From: Candidatus Bathyarchaeota archaeon | GTDB lineage: Archaea; Thermoproteota; Bathyarchaeia; Bathyarchaeales; Bathycorpusculaceae | DNA: 64,000 bases | Direction of reading: 5' to 3' | NCBI GenBank assembly: GCA_963811105.1 | Contig: CAWEPZ010000011.1 | Location: forward strand, 64,001-128,000 | Program-made: the position numbers and the translations under genes | The notes under the pieces: model-generated | Databases searched by the model: none | Told to the model about the DNA's origin: nothing | The model's input: only the letters and a program-made list of their open reading frames with translations | Shown here: positions 1-10,882 of the stretch, piece after piece | Position numbering within the stretch: the first letter of the stretch is position 1 | How the letters are laid out: each line of letters begins with the position of its first letter

Positions 1-4
1 CTTC

Positions 5-1804
5 ATGCTTAGCACACTATCAGCTTTTTCGCTAACCTCAGTCCAAGCTGCAACAACACTGCATTTGGGAATACAGAAATCGGCACCTTCAAAGATCAGA
101 ACGACCAAACGCCCAATCCATCTCATACTTCACAGCCTCAACAACCGGACCAATAACAGACATCACAGCCTACATATCCGGAGCATCAACAGGAAAAGCC
201 ACAGCAGCACTATACACAGTCAACGGAAACACACCAAACACCCTACTAGCACAATCTAACTCTGTAAACATAGGCACAACATACTCATGGATAGACTTCC
301 AACTAACAACACCAACCACAGTAACTGCAGGAACAACCTACGGACTCGCAATAATGGGCAACGTCCCCGTAAACATCGCTATAGTCACAGGGACAGGCCA
401 ACGCACTGGTGGTCCAGGAGACAAATCCTACACAAAAGGCTTCACCAACCCATTCGGAACCATATGGTTCAACGACTTAACCGGCGCCATGTCAATCTAT
501 GCAACTGGCACAACCTCAACAACACCAACACAACACCCACACCAACCCAACACCAACACAACACCAACCCCAACACCAACACCCACACCCACCAAACACC
601 AACTCCATCAACTGTGTCTAATTTTGGGAATTCAGCAATCGGCACCTACAAAGATCAAAACGATCAAAACGCCCAATCCATCTCATACTTCAAAGCCACA
701 ACCACCGGACCAATAACTGACATCATAGCCTACATCTCCGGAGCAACAACAGGAAAAGCCACAGCAGCACTATACGCAGTCAACGGAAACACACCAAACA
801 CCTTACTAGCACAATCTAACTCTGTAAAACATTGGCACAACTTACTCATGGATAGACTTCCAACTAACAACCCCAACCACTGTAACTGCAGGAACAACCT
901 ACGGACTCGCAATAATGGGCAACGTCCCAGTAAACATCGCATAGTCACTGGAACAGGCCAACGTACCGGTGGCCCAGGAGACAAATCCTACACAAAAGGC
1001 TTCACCAATCCTTTTGGAACCACATGGTTTAACGACTTAACCGGTGCCATGTCTATCTACGCAACAAGTACAACTTCATCAACACCAACACAAACCCCAA
1101 CACCTACTCCAACCACAACACCAACACCCACACCAACAACACCTATACCCGCCCCTACCTTGCCTACTTCATCATCGACTAACTTGGCTCCGCTTCCCAG
1201 TTTTTCAGTAAGCTCTGGTTCTTATAGCGTCAATGGCAATCCAACATATATTAAATATCCAGTCACCGTAAATGGCCAGACTGCAATAGAAATGCTTCGT
1301 AATCCAGCTACTGCTGTCTGTAGCAGCAGCGACGACAGAGAGCTGAATGGACAGTGGATTGACATAAATCCAGGAGACAGAATCGTTTTCACAGCTTGGT
1401 TTATAACAACAGCCAGCAGTCAGGGAGATACAAGCAACGTTCATGGTGGATGTCTTGATATAGATATGTATGGTGGAAATAATCCGAATGGTGTGAATAG
1501 GATTTGCGGCATAATGGCTTCTGATGGTACTGATAACTACTATACAAATGGTATACCGTCTCCAACTACTTGTGTTCCTTGGGGAACTGGAACATGGACC
1601 CAGGTAACTATGGATTTTGTTGTGCCATCTACTTATGCAGCGGATGGATATAGTGGTAGTGGCGGATATGCAGCAGGTACACCAGTTGTCCCATCAGGGT
1701 TTATTCCTGTGATTTACGGAGGTTCTAATTCCTGGATAGGTGGATCTCCTGAAAACGGGATAATATATGTATCTAACACCGAAATATACGTTATTAGCCC
1801 ATAA
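5..1804 (+). CDS. Secreted/surface protein: signal peptide, two tandem beta-rich domains, Thr/Pro linkers, C-terminal CBM-like domain; split by several 1-bp indels
   Basis: ORFs 5-259, 354-716 and 287-1804 join into one reading frame with signal-like LSAFSLTSVQA, a duplicated domain (GQRTGGPGDKSYTKGFTNPFGT twice) and PTPTPT linkers. The start may lie upstream of the window. Confidence 0.7.
66..1068 (+). repeat. Intragenic duplication of a ~440-bp domain-coding unit (about 66-507 and 625-1065)
   Basis: Long identical blocks occur in both copies, e.g. aggaaaagccacagcagcactatac, tactagcacaatctaactctgtaaaca and ccaggagacaaatcctacacaaaaggcttcaccaa. Confidence 0.9.
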
Positions 1805-2274
1805 CTTCGCTTGAACCATTGTCCCCTTTTTTCCTCTTTTTTCTTAGTTACTTTGTTTAGGACAAGAAATTATTAAGAGAACTTGTTAATCCAAATCAAC
1901 AAGGACTACAATTTTAGCAATAAAGTTGTTGGTCCTGCGCTTTCAAATCCACAACCATTAATTGCCGTCGTCTTCCTTTCCTCCCACTTCAAAGCCAACT
2001 TCGTCTCCACCTTCTTCTTTCATAAATACTAATGGAAGATCCATAAATCAATCTTTATTTGATCTAAACATGTCTTTAGAAATTTCTTCCTGAAGGGAAA
2101 GATAAGCAAGAAATTTATATTGAAGGTATTTTTCTCCTTTTTTCACTTCGTTTCTAAACTCAGTATTTTGAGATTTTATTATGAAATATACACAATTTGT
2201 TAAGAACAAAGGAATATGTTATTTTTTTCTAATCCTTAAAGCCACCGTCAAATGTAAATTTAATGCATTCGTGG

Positions 2275-2905
2275 TCAGGTTTCCACATATTTTACAATTT
2301 CAAAGGCTTCGGCTGCTGCGACGCCGACTTGGCTTCCTCTGAAAGTAGCAAGATTGACAGTTGATTCGTACGCTAAATATCTTTTTTCGTTTTGGGACAC
2401 ATGACATTTTAGGGCTTCCCATTTCTTGTCAACGCAACCGGTTATGTTTACGAAATATGTGGGTAAGAAAGCCGCTGGTCTTACTCTGGGTGTTTCAAAA
2501 GCGAGAACCTTTGGAACGTTCCTAAAAGCTGACATTGCTAGCCAGCCTACTCTTCTGTGATCCTGGTGAGTATCGTTAATTGAATGAGTTAGCACAATAT
2601 CGGGTTGGTATTTGAGGGCGTAATTTTCTAAGCAGTTTATGGCTTCGAATGAATCTGGTATCTCGGTGTCAGGAAAATTCTCAAAATGAATGTTCTTCAA
2701 CGCCTAAAACATTCATGGCCTCTGTGCTTTCCCTCATCCTTACATTGGTGTCGGTGATTTTTCCGCCTCTTGTCATATACAGGGCGATTACTTGCGCTCC
2801 TGCCTGCACAGCTTTATAGATTGTCCCGCCGGACCCCAATTCAATATCATCAGGATGTGCACCAACCGCCAACACAACCTTCTTTGCAAACACCAACTTA
2901 ATCAT
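2275..2905 (-). CDS. PIG-L/LmbE-family N-acetyl-sugar deacetylase (frameshift near 2690)
   Basis: AHPDD motif in ORF 2681-2905; THSINDTHQDHR motif and C-terminal AEAFE in ORF 2275-2700. Confidence 0.85.
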
Positions 2906-3040
2906 CAGCCACCCAAATTGAAGTTAAAGACTATTCAAAACTCAAGATAATAACCTTTGCTCAAAACTACGCAATATAATTAAAAAAACAAACTATCGTG
3001 TGGCTTTAGCCTCAATTCGGCAACCAGCTGGCAACTTGAT

Positions 3041-4280
3041 TTAAGGAGTGAGCCGGTATGGATTTAATGTGCTGTTGTCTGTTTTAGACAGTATTTTTCT
3101 TGAAGATCTGGCGCACATCATGAAGAATGGGGAAAGATCGTCCCATGCGAACCAAGCGCTTTCTTGAACGCCACGATATGATGTTAACCATTGCTTAAAT
3201 GTGAGGCTTTTTTCGTAATGGTACCGAAAACTCGAAACAAGATCCCTATCTTCAACAAACCATTTTCTCCCCTCAACAAGCGTCACTTGAAGGAACTGGC
3301 TGGCCAGTGAGATCCAAATATTGGGCGCGGGCAACATCTAACCCATTATCTCCCACAAAGAGCCGAAAAGTCGAGCCTATACGTGGATTAATATCGAGCA
3401 CCTTGTAGCGTCCATCCCGCATATCATACCTATATCCGATGTCAAGAATCCCTCTGTAACCAATACTTTTCATAAAATCTCTCGTCATCTCATCAACCAC
3501 CTGGTTTTTCAGACAAACACCAAGTGAAGTCACCCCAGTATGAATTGGAGATTGACGAATTTTTCTTCCAGTCATTCCAAAAAGACAATCCGATTTCTCA
3601 TCAAAATAACCATTAAACATCCAAATCGAATCATCCCCACCCGGAATGTACTCTTGTAGCATAAAATTTGGGTTCGAAGAATCTTCACATTGACTATAAA
3701 ATCTTGAGGAGTTCAGCTTTCGTTTTTGCCACGAACATTCTTTTTCCAACTCGCGGCGACCCCCCACGATAAAGCTCCTTTAAAACAACAGGAAAAACTG
3801 CATCCTTCACATATTCTTCAACATCCCCCATAGAAAGCGGAAAGCACGCCTCGGGAGTTGGAACACCATGTTTTTTGGCGAGAAAATACATCTCTTTCTT
3901 GTTGGCAAGCGCGTAAAACAAGTTGCTTAGAAGGTTTTGGAAAAATGTACCCTTCACTCAACGCGTCGGCGTTTTCTGCAAGCCAACCTGCACCACTATC
4001 TGTTGTATGAATCAGAAGGGAGCGCTTTCCAATTTTCTTGGCAACATCCAACAAGTATTGAACAGAATCTTGAGGAGGTGCGGCGTCTACATCATACAAG
4101 AATTTTTTCTGACAATATCGAGAGAACAGACCTGCAGACCTTGGATTTGGATCAACACCATGGACCGCAATTCCAAGCCGCCCAAGACTGCGCACGACGC
4201 CTAATTGACCATAATGGTAAGTATACAATACCACAACTGGAACAGAAGTGTCGCCTACAGAAAACTCTGCACTATTGAGC
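3041..4280 (-). CDS. ATP-grasp carboxylate-amine ligase (D-aspartate ligase-like), split by about three frameshifts
   Basis: Consecutive ORFs 3818-4234, 3694-3957, 3273-3767 and 3041-3337 give LGVVRSLGRLGI, NKKEMY..AKKHGVPTP, FPVVLK, MLQEYIPG, DGRYKVLDINPR and AWFAWDDLSPF. Confidence 0.8.
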
Positions 4281-4298
4281 GCTTTTCTCGCCTCACAA

Positions 4299-5031
4299 TC
4301 AATTTGTCGCTTTAACTATCTCATCGTTCTTAACGGCGAGTACCAAATTCAAGTCGTTAACATGCCTGAGAATAAAATCAAGATCTCTTAGTTTGACCAG
4401 ATCTTCGCAAATACTCCGCACTTTTACCCTCTCCGCAAACCGTAACTGGCTTATCCATCCAACGATTCACAATCTCAACGGTTTTATCATCTTCCGGCGA
4501 GAATCCAGCTTTCATAAGACCAGCTGCAATCCAAGCACAACACAACTGATCCTCCTCACGAAACTCCCCCCGAGTGGGTGCACCAAGAACTACTACCCGA
4601 CTGTAAAGTCCAACGAGATGATTGACGGTTGAATCATAATTTCGAAGACACGCCACATAAACTGAATTACAATCCTTCAACGAATAAAGCAGCGGTATCC
4701 CTGATGAAGAAACCATAATTGCAGGCCGCGAGATATCTTTACGGCTTTCAATTTCCACCGGACTATTATTAATGTCGAAGCCATAAGGCATGCTGCCGCC
4801 CATTTCACCGACCATCAACGGATTATCAAGCCTCTTTGCCAGAAGAAATGCCTCTTCAACCGAAGGAGCAAAAAAACACCTTCGCCCAGATTCCACAGCT
4901 GTGGCCGCCACGGTTATTGAACGAATAACATCGATAACAACAACTGCGCATCCCTCACCGAAAGGATGAAGACTCTCAGATAGGCAATCGATAGCAACTG
5001 ATTTTCTACTCAAAACCCTGTTCTCCTTCAC
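4299..5031 (-). CDS. comB: 2-phosphosulfolactate phosphatase (frameshift near 4388)
   Basis: VVVIDVIRS, GEMGG..GFDINNSP, SSSG, ACLRN and EDQLC motifs; the C-terminus DLDFILRHVNDL continues in a shifted frame to TGA at 4299. Confidence 0.85.
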
Positions 5032-5034
5032 ACA

Positions 5035-5886
5035 TTATTCCACAGGAAGATGTGGACGCAGATTCTCTTTACTGAAAGCATCTGAATGCAGTCCTCGCCG
5101 ATAAATTTCCACCCTCAACAACTCTTCAAGCCGAACGTTACATAGATGAACTTCACTGCCGAAGTGATCCAACAAAGCAAACTGACTCGGCTTGTTTGGC
5201 GCTTCAAACATAACAACGCCGTGCCCAAACGCATCAGCAAAACGATCCGCAAAACCCACATTAAGATTGCCCTCATCATCAAACAGACCAACACCCTTCG
5301 CGCTCTCCCGCGCCTCCACAACCAACTGAACAGCACCAGCCTCAAGCCACCTTCTACCTTGACTAATCAATGCCTCAACCACATCCTGCGTAAAAGCACC
5401 TGTATGCTTCTTACCAAGCTCAAACTGCACTTCTAAGCCACGGTCGTTTGCCATCTTTACAATCTCCTGAGCGTCCAACGAAATATCCGTGAAACCCTCC
5501 CCGCACTCAATCCGCGTAAACCCAAAATCCGCCACAAGATCAAGATACTGAGGCAATTTACCCTGCACGTAAGCAACCTCAAAAGGACCCCCACCAGTAG
5601 TCGTCGGCACTCGGTATTTCTTGGCAACTGCGATTTTCTGACGCGTAACATGCTCGTCTGCAATCATCCAGCACGCCATCGAAATCTTCAGAATCGACAT
5701 GAGATGGTGACTTTGTTCAAGATGACCCGCCAACGTTACGGCATCATACCCAGGGTCAAAAGGACTAGTAGCCGAACGAATTTCATCAACACCAATAGAC
5801 TTTAAGTAGTCATCAGTATGCAGTCGCCCTTCTCGAGTAATATTTGAAGAGGGAAAAAAATCAGCCAATTCTTTCACCCATATCAA
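5035..5886 (-). CDS. comA: Phosphosulfolactate synthase
   Basis: TGGGPFEVA, GFTRIECGEG, FELGKK, VVEARES, FEAPNKPSQ, VHLCNV and EIYRRGL motifs of the ComA family; 3 bp from comB. Confidence 0.9.
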   Translation of the reverse strand: MIWVKELADFFPSSNITREGRLHTDDYLKSIGVDEIRSATSPFDPGYDAVTLAGHLEQSHHLMSILKISMACWMIADEHVTRQKIAVAKKYRVPTTTGGGPFEVAYVQGKLPQYLDLVADFGFTRIECGEGFTDISLDAQEIVKMANDRGLEVQFELGKKHTGAFTQDVVEALISQGRRWLEAGAVQLVVEARESAKGVGLFDDEGNLNVGFADRFADAFGHGVVMFEAPNKPSQFALLDHFGSEVHLCNVRLEELLRVEIYRRGLHSDAFSKENLRPHLPVE

Positions 5887-5963
5887 TCATGCGTTAGTTG
5901 AAATTACGATTATAAATTCATAAAGCATAAGCTTCAAAAAACGAAATTGTTATATGAACACTA

Positions 5964-6203
5964 ATGACTCACGATTCAACCTTTAACCGAAAATTCCTCA
6001 TCATTTTCCACGGCTTGGGCTTAAGCTGCATAGGCGGCGCAATATTCCTCCAAATCTTAGCATTCTCAAGCATACTCTACCAAGGGTATTTCAAAGCATT
6101 TGAGAATAATCCAGCAATACTCTCATCTGAAATAATTCTAACAGGCTTTGCACTAATCTACTTTATTTACATATATCAACTATTGATCCGGTCAGTAAAA
6201 TAA
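5964..6203 (+). CDS. Small two-TM membrane protein
   Basis: 79-aa ATG ORF with two hydrophobic segments, divergent from comA. Confidence 0.65.
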   Translation: MTHDSTFNRKFLIIFHGLGLSCIGGAIFLQILAFSSILYQGYFKAFENNPAILSSEIILTGFALIYFIYIYQLLIRSVK

Positions 6204-6366
6204 ACACTATCTAACAGAAAACAATAGGCACTATTTGTCTTGTTACACAAGCTGATAGGCAAATAAAAGTAGCCGGTTTGCAACCCTTCTTGTCAAGAAG
6301 TCGCAATGTAATAACAAATCATGGACGCTCAATAAGCGATAAGACCAAACGATTCAGCTTTGCACT

Positions 6367-8212
6367 TCAGGGGAGCTTTGGTCGCTTCCTAACAAATTTG
6401 AGAACAAGAAGGGCTATGGTTGTTGTCACTGCAATAATTGCCACCGCCAAGCCAACGTATATTATGGGGAAACCTTGGTCAGCACTTGCAGCCACTAAAG
6501 CGTTTATTGCGTAAGTTTGGCTGACCCCGCCTGTACCAACAGTCTTAATGTCAAATGTGTGGTTTCCATCAGCTAACCCGTTAAATGTGTACTGTGTCTG
6601 AGTTCCTATATTTGTCCAAGCACCATCGTCAAGTTTAACTTCATAATGATCCACCGTCGAACCTGCATTAGTTGTTTTCCAGCTAATTTGAAGCGACGAC
6701 GACTTTACTTCACTTCCATTGCCAATGGAAGATGTTAACTCTATTGCTGGCGCCCTAAGAATCGGTGTACTTGTTGGAGTCGGTGCAGGCGTGGCAATCG
6801 GGTTTGGGGGAGGTGTTAAGATTGCTGGAGTCGCTATTGAAGTTGGAGGAGGCGTAGGCATTAAAGTTGATGTTGGCGTTGGAGAAGGCGTCGGTGAATC
6901 AGTTGGAGTAGGAGTAGGCGTTGGAGAAGGTGTCGAGGTTGGTGCTGGAGTAGGAGTTGATGTGGGGGTCGGAGTTGGTGAAGGTGTTGGAGAAGGCGTG
7001 GGCGAAGCAGTTGGAGTTGGAGTAGGCGTTGGAGTAGGTGTAGAGGTTGGCGCTGGAGTAGGAATTGATGTGGGGGTCGGAGTTGGTGAAGGTGTTGGAG
7101 AAGGCGTAGGCGAAGCAGTTGGAGTTGGAGATAAGGCGAAGATTGCTTTGAGGAAGCCGTCGCCGTGAACTTGAACTGTCGATGTGCTTTGTTCTGAATT
7201 GAGAACGTAGACTCCTTCGTCTGGATAACCGCTGCATTCCCAATGGTCGAACTGATAACCTTGGGGAACGTTTGCGGTAGCATTATAGTTGCCTGAAGAA
7301 AGGACCTGGGTCTGCCCAGAATTGTAGATTGTACCGTTGAATGTAATAGTTGCCTCAGGCAAGTCAGGATTTGTTTCGAACAACACTGTTCCGTTAGGAT
7401 TATTGACCAGCACGTCGCTGCTTGAAATCGCTACGGCGACGTCATTTGGTGCTTTATAATAGTAGGTTGTCCAGTTGGTTGAAGCGCTAATTTGACCGTC
7501 AACTGAAACCCAGTTATTAAGTGAGAAGTGGAAATCGAAAGCGGGGGAGCCTCCAGAGACTGAGGTGTACCAGATTTCCTCATAATTCGCATAGTTAAGG
7601 GATCCCGCGTAGCTATTTGACAAAACCAAGTAGTTTCCACCGGTTGGCGCATTTAAAGACCAAATCTGACTGGACCCTTGATAGGCAGCAAAACTGCTGA
7701 TACCACTCTGAGTGGTAATGTCAAAAGTGTATGTAGCTCCCAGTGATAACAGCAAGTGCGTTTGCAGTGTAATGGAAAGTCAGATTGTTCGCCGGTCCAG
7801 TTGTCCATGAATAGGTTAATCCCCAAGTGCCATAATTATTGGAAAATCCAATCTGATCGTAGCTTCCAGCGCTATCCCATGCAGAAAGTAGGACGTAGTA
7901 AAATTCGTCTGATCGAGGCGTTGAATAAGGTATTGTTATTGTCATGCCTATGGTTTGCGCAGAGTGGTTTGTGAACCAAGTGCACGCGCTCCCGGCATAC
8001 CAGAGGGGCGCTCCTGGATATGCTGAGAGAGAAGGTCCTAAGGGTGGAAATATATTATGTCCGTCTGCTGTAGGAAAAGTGCCGCCGATTGACCAGGTGC
8101 ACTCGCTTTTTTCGCTTTCTGCAGTATTCTTATTGGAACTAATGGAGGCTACACTCAAAAATGCGGCTGGGAATAGGACGAAAACAATGATCAAAGCAAA
8201 TAATTTCAGCAA
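6367..8212 (-). CDS. Membrane-anchored surface protein (signal peptide, beta domain, Pro/Thr/Ser linker, Fn3/Ig-like domain, C-terminal TM); frameshift near 7750
   Basis: ORF 7721-8212 carries the signal peptide. ORF 6367-7755 has PT repeats, an Fn3-like [28 protein letters not shown] segment, a TM and an RKRPK tail. Confidence 0.8.
6911..7128 (-). repeat. ~108-bp tandem duplication encoding the Pro/Thr/Ser linker
   Basis: ttgatgtgggggtcggagttggtgaaggtgttggagaaggcgt occurs twice, 108 bp apart. Confidence 0.8.
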
Positions 8213-8456
8213 CTCTCGCCTCGTCTTTCCTTCTTTTGGGTTGTATCTGCTTAATCCTTGCTAAATCCGACCGAAACAACAACTCTCACACTGCACAAAA
8301 TCTAACGTGTTCATAGAGAGGAGAGGTTAAGCAGGATGCGATGTCAAAATGTTATAATTTATATGAACAACTTTCCGGATGCCAGGGAAGTAAAAGACTA
8401 AGAATAGTTTAAAGCCACGGCGCTTTATCGATAGTTGGGAAGAACAAATAGAGAGG

Positions 8457-9341
8457 ATGTTTACTAATTTGGCTCCGCCCAAATCACAAAGCGATCGTCC
8501 GCAGAAGCTTGTTGATGAATTCTTCGATACAAACGCAACTTATTGGAGGGACACTTACAAAGAAAAGGGCATTTCCGGAACCATTTATCAACGGCGACAA
8601 GCCGTAGCGCTCAGTTATGTCGATGGGTTATCGCTTCCCAGAACCGCACGTGTTCTAGAAATTGGTTGTGGGGCAGGGTTCATGACTGCAGCTCTCGCAA
8701 AACGAGGATTTGTAATAAAAGCTATTGATCATGCTCAAACAATGGTCGATCTAACAATAGAACATGCGAAACAAAAGGGCATTTTGAATCAGATCAGCGC
8801 CTGCACTGGAGATATCCACGAACTATCTTATGAAGACCAAACGTTTGACTTAATTATTGCCTTGGGGGTGATCCCCTGGCTTCATGATTTAAAAAAGGCA
8901 TTGACCGAGATCGTAAGAGTAGCAAAGCCAGGCGGATATGTTGTCGTGACCATGGACAACATTCAAAGAGCAACAACTATTCTAGACCCCAAAACTTTTC
9001 CCCCAATCGCACACATCCGATGGCTAATAAAGAGGAAACTTGAGAGAGCAGGGTTGCTTAGCTCATACAATCTTTGGGTCAATGCTCCACCTTACAGTCA
9101 ACACTCACCAAAAGAATTCAAAAAAAATCTTTACCACGCTGGTCTAACTGTTATGAAGAGCACAAGTGTAGGGTTTGGACCATTCACTTTTTTTGGCCAT
9201 CGTTTATTCTCGGAAAGGGTTGGAATCAAAATTCACCAGAAGCTACAGGAATACGCTGACAGCAGTTACCCATTTTTCCGCTCAACCGGATCACAATACA
9301 TTGTCCTAGCAAAAAGGAAGTTGCCCAAAACAATTCCTTAA
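8457..9341 (+). CDS. Class I SAM-dependent methyltransferase
   Basis: VLEIGCGAG motif I, FDLIIALGVIPW and RVAKPGG. Confidence 0.9.
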   Translation: MFTNLAPPKSQSDRPQKLVDEFFDTNATYWRDTYKEKGISGTIYQRRQAVALSYVDGLSLPRTARVLEIGCGAGFMTAALAKRGFVIKAIDHAQTMVDLTIEHAKQKGILNQISACTGDIHELSYEDQTFDLIIALGVIPWLHDLKKALTEIVRVAKPGGYVVVTMDNIQRATTILDPKTFPPIAHIRWLIKRKLERAGLLSSYNLWVNAPPYSQHSPKEFKKNLYHAGLTVMKSTSVGFGPFTFFGHRLFSERVGIKIHQKLQEYADSSYPFFRSTGSQYIVLAKRKLPKTIP

Positions 9342-9458
9342 ACGGCAAACAGTGAAGTTCACTATAATTTTTTTTCATTTCTTTAGGTTGTTTTGTTTTA
9401 GAACGCAATGCTATGGCTCGAAGATTTTTCTAAGGTGCAAGGTTCAAGAGAAGTTAAT

Positions 9459-10052
9459 CTATTGGGTCATATTCAAAAATAAACTCACAAACCGGTTATG
9501 ATACTGTGAAGTTCCTAATGTGGAATTGAATATCCAAAGCTCGACAAAAAGATTATAGTAATATCCTGTTTTGTCTGCATTCCATGCAGATGTTTGGTTA
9601 ACTGGAAATTCTACTCCGTTAATAGTTATGCCGTCGAGCTTAGACATATTATCTGGGAAGGTTAGTTGGTTAACTTGGAATGTTAGGGGTGTTTCCCATG
9701 TTGCCCCATCACTGATAAACGATTTGTATTCATATAAAGCGGGTAGTGAGCTGGGTGTTCCAAGTGTTGCACTAGGTAGGGATTGAGTCTCATTTGCTAG
9801 CTTTACAAAAGACGTGTAGTAACAAGAGGATCCCAGGTGGTTGACTACACCTAAATAAACCGAATATGTTACGCCAGCTTTAATGTCAAACGGAATACCT
9901 TCCAGCATATGGTTTGGTCCAAGAACATAAAGCTCAGAAAAAAGCTGACCTGAAGGCGGCTTAATCAACAAACCAATCGTCGGAGATGCGAACAACAAAA
10001 CTCCAATCAAGCCAGCTGCGACAAATATAATCCGATAGTTGTCAATGTTTAT
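9459..10052 (-). CDS. DUF1616-family membrane-anchored protein; probable ATA start at 10052
   Basis: FSELYVLGP and LFVELW motifs. The frame is open to an ATA 1 bp after the upstream stop and follows GAGGTG. Confidence 0.75.
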   Translation of the reverse strand: MNIDNYRIIFVAAGLIGVLLFASPTIGLLIKPPSGQLFSELYVLGPNHMLEGIPFDIKAGVTYSVYLGVVNHLGSSCYYTSFVKLANETQSLPSATLGTPSSLPALYEYKSFISDGATWETPLTFQVNQLTFPDNMSKLDGITINGVEFPVNQTSAWNADKTGYYYNLFVELWIFNSTLGTSQYHNRFVSLFLNMTQ

Positions 10053-10053
10053 T

Positions 10054-10557
10054 CTATACCACCTCAGGCTTCATTCCAAATAATTTCTTCATGTAAGAGC
10101 GTTTAAATCGTCGCCAAACAAACAACAAAGAAACCAAAAAAACAACAGTACCAACAAACGAAAAAATCACAGTCAACCAAAAAATATTTCGGGATTCAAC
10201 CAAGCTAACATCACGCAAATGAAGCGCATCTCCTTTAACTTGAACCGCTATTTGAGAGGCATTTTCTGCCATAGATGTAATATTGACTACGTTGTTTCCA
10301 CTGTTGAAAGCGTTTTGAGCATCTGCTAAGAGCTCTCCTGCAGTGTTTAGTTTTGCTAAGAGTTGGGTAACGTTTGCGCCAGCTTTTTCAGCGTCCAAAA
10401 CAGCATTGAAAGCCTGCCCTACTGTAATGTTTGTCGCCTGCAGCATCGCCGAAGTTTGATCAGTTTGAGCTAAGACACTATTGACACCGTAAAAGCAAGA
10501 GCTAAGCGCCAGGAAGCTGAATAATGTGATAGCAAAGAGTTTGCAGCTATTATTCAT
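10054..10557 (-). CDS. Secreted helical protein with C-terminal TM anchor
   Basis: Signal peptide, AFNAVLDAEKAGANVTQLLAKLN, TM and WRRFKR tail. Confidence 0.75.
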   Translation of the reverse strand: MNNSCKLFAITLFSFLALSSCFYGVNSVLAQTDQTSAMLQATNITVGQAFNAVLDAEKAGANVTQLLAKLNTAGELLADAQNAFNSGNNVVNITSMAENASQIAVQVKGDALHLRDVSLVESRNIFWLTVIFSFVGTVVFLVSLLFVWRRFKRSYMKKLFGMKPEVV

Positions 10558-10882
10558 TTGTTGTTACATCCAAGCCAATTATTATTTTACATTAGTGTGG
10601 GTTTGAGATTTCAGGAGAGTCATTTAAGGGCTTTGAGATCGTACCTTATTTATTGTAATAACCAACGAATTTTGTTACAAATTTCTCGGAGCATAGGGCG
10701 TTTTTTATTAGTGTAGCGTTTTAGAAAATTCTTCGATGCCCGAACGCACTAGCACCCGACAGCCACACTATAAATAACAACACACATAGTTGCTAAAAAC
10801 AAAACTCCAATTGATAGCTCATTGGCCCCAAAAGATCCCGATCCTTCAAATTAACTTGCTTGCTGTAAAAATTCGGTTTTCA

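Noticed and set aside
2681-4390. Programmed ribosomal frameshifting in the deacetylase, ligase and comB
   Set aside because: There are too many scattered shifts with no common slippery or stimulatory motif; sequencing error is simpler.
4299-5886. comAB as evidence for coenzyme M synthesis or methane metabolism
   Set aside because: No comC, comDE or mcr is in the window, the neighbours point to glycan modification, and comAB homologs occur in non-methanogens.
6719-7283. ORFs with GV-rich, LLQR-rich and YSN-rich repeats
   Set aside because: These are alternate-frame shadows of the Pro/Thr linker.
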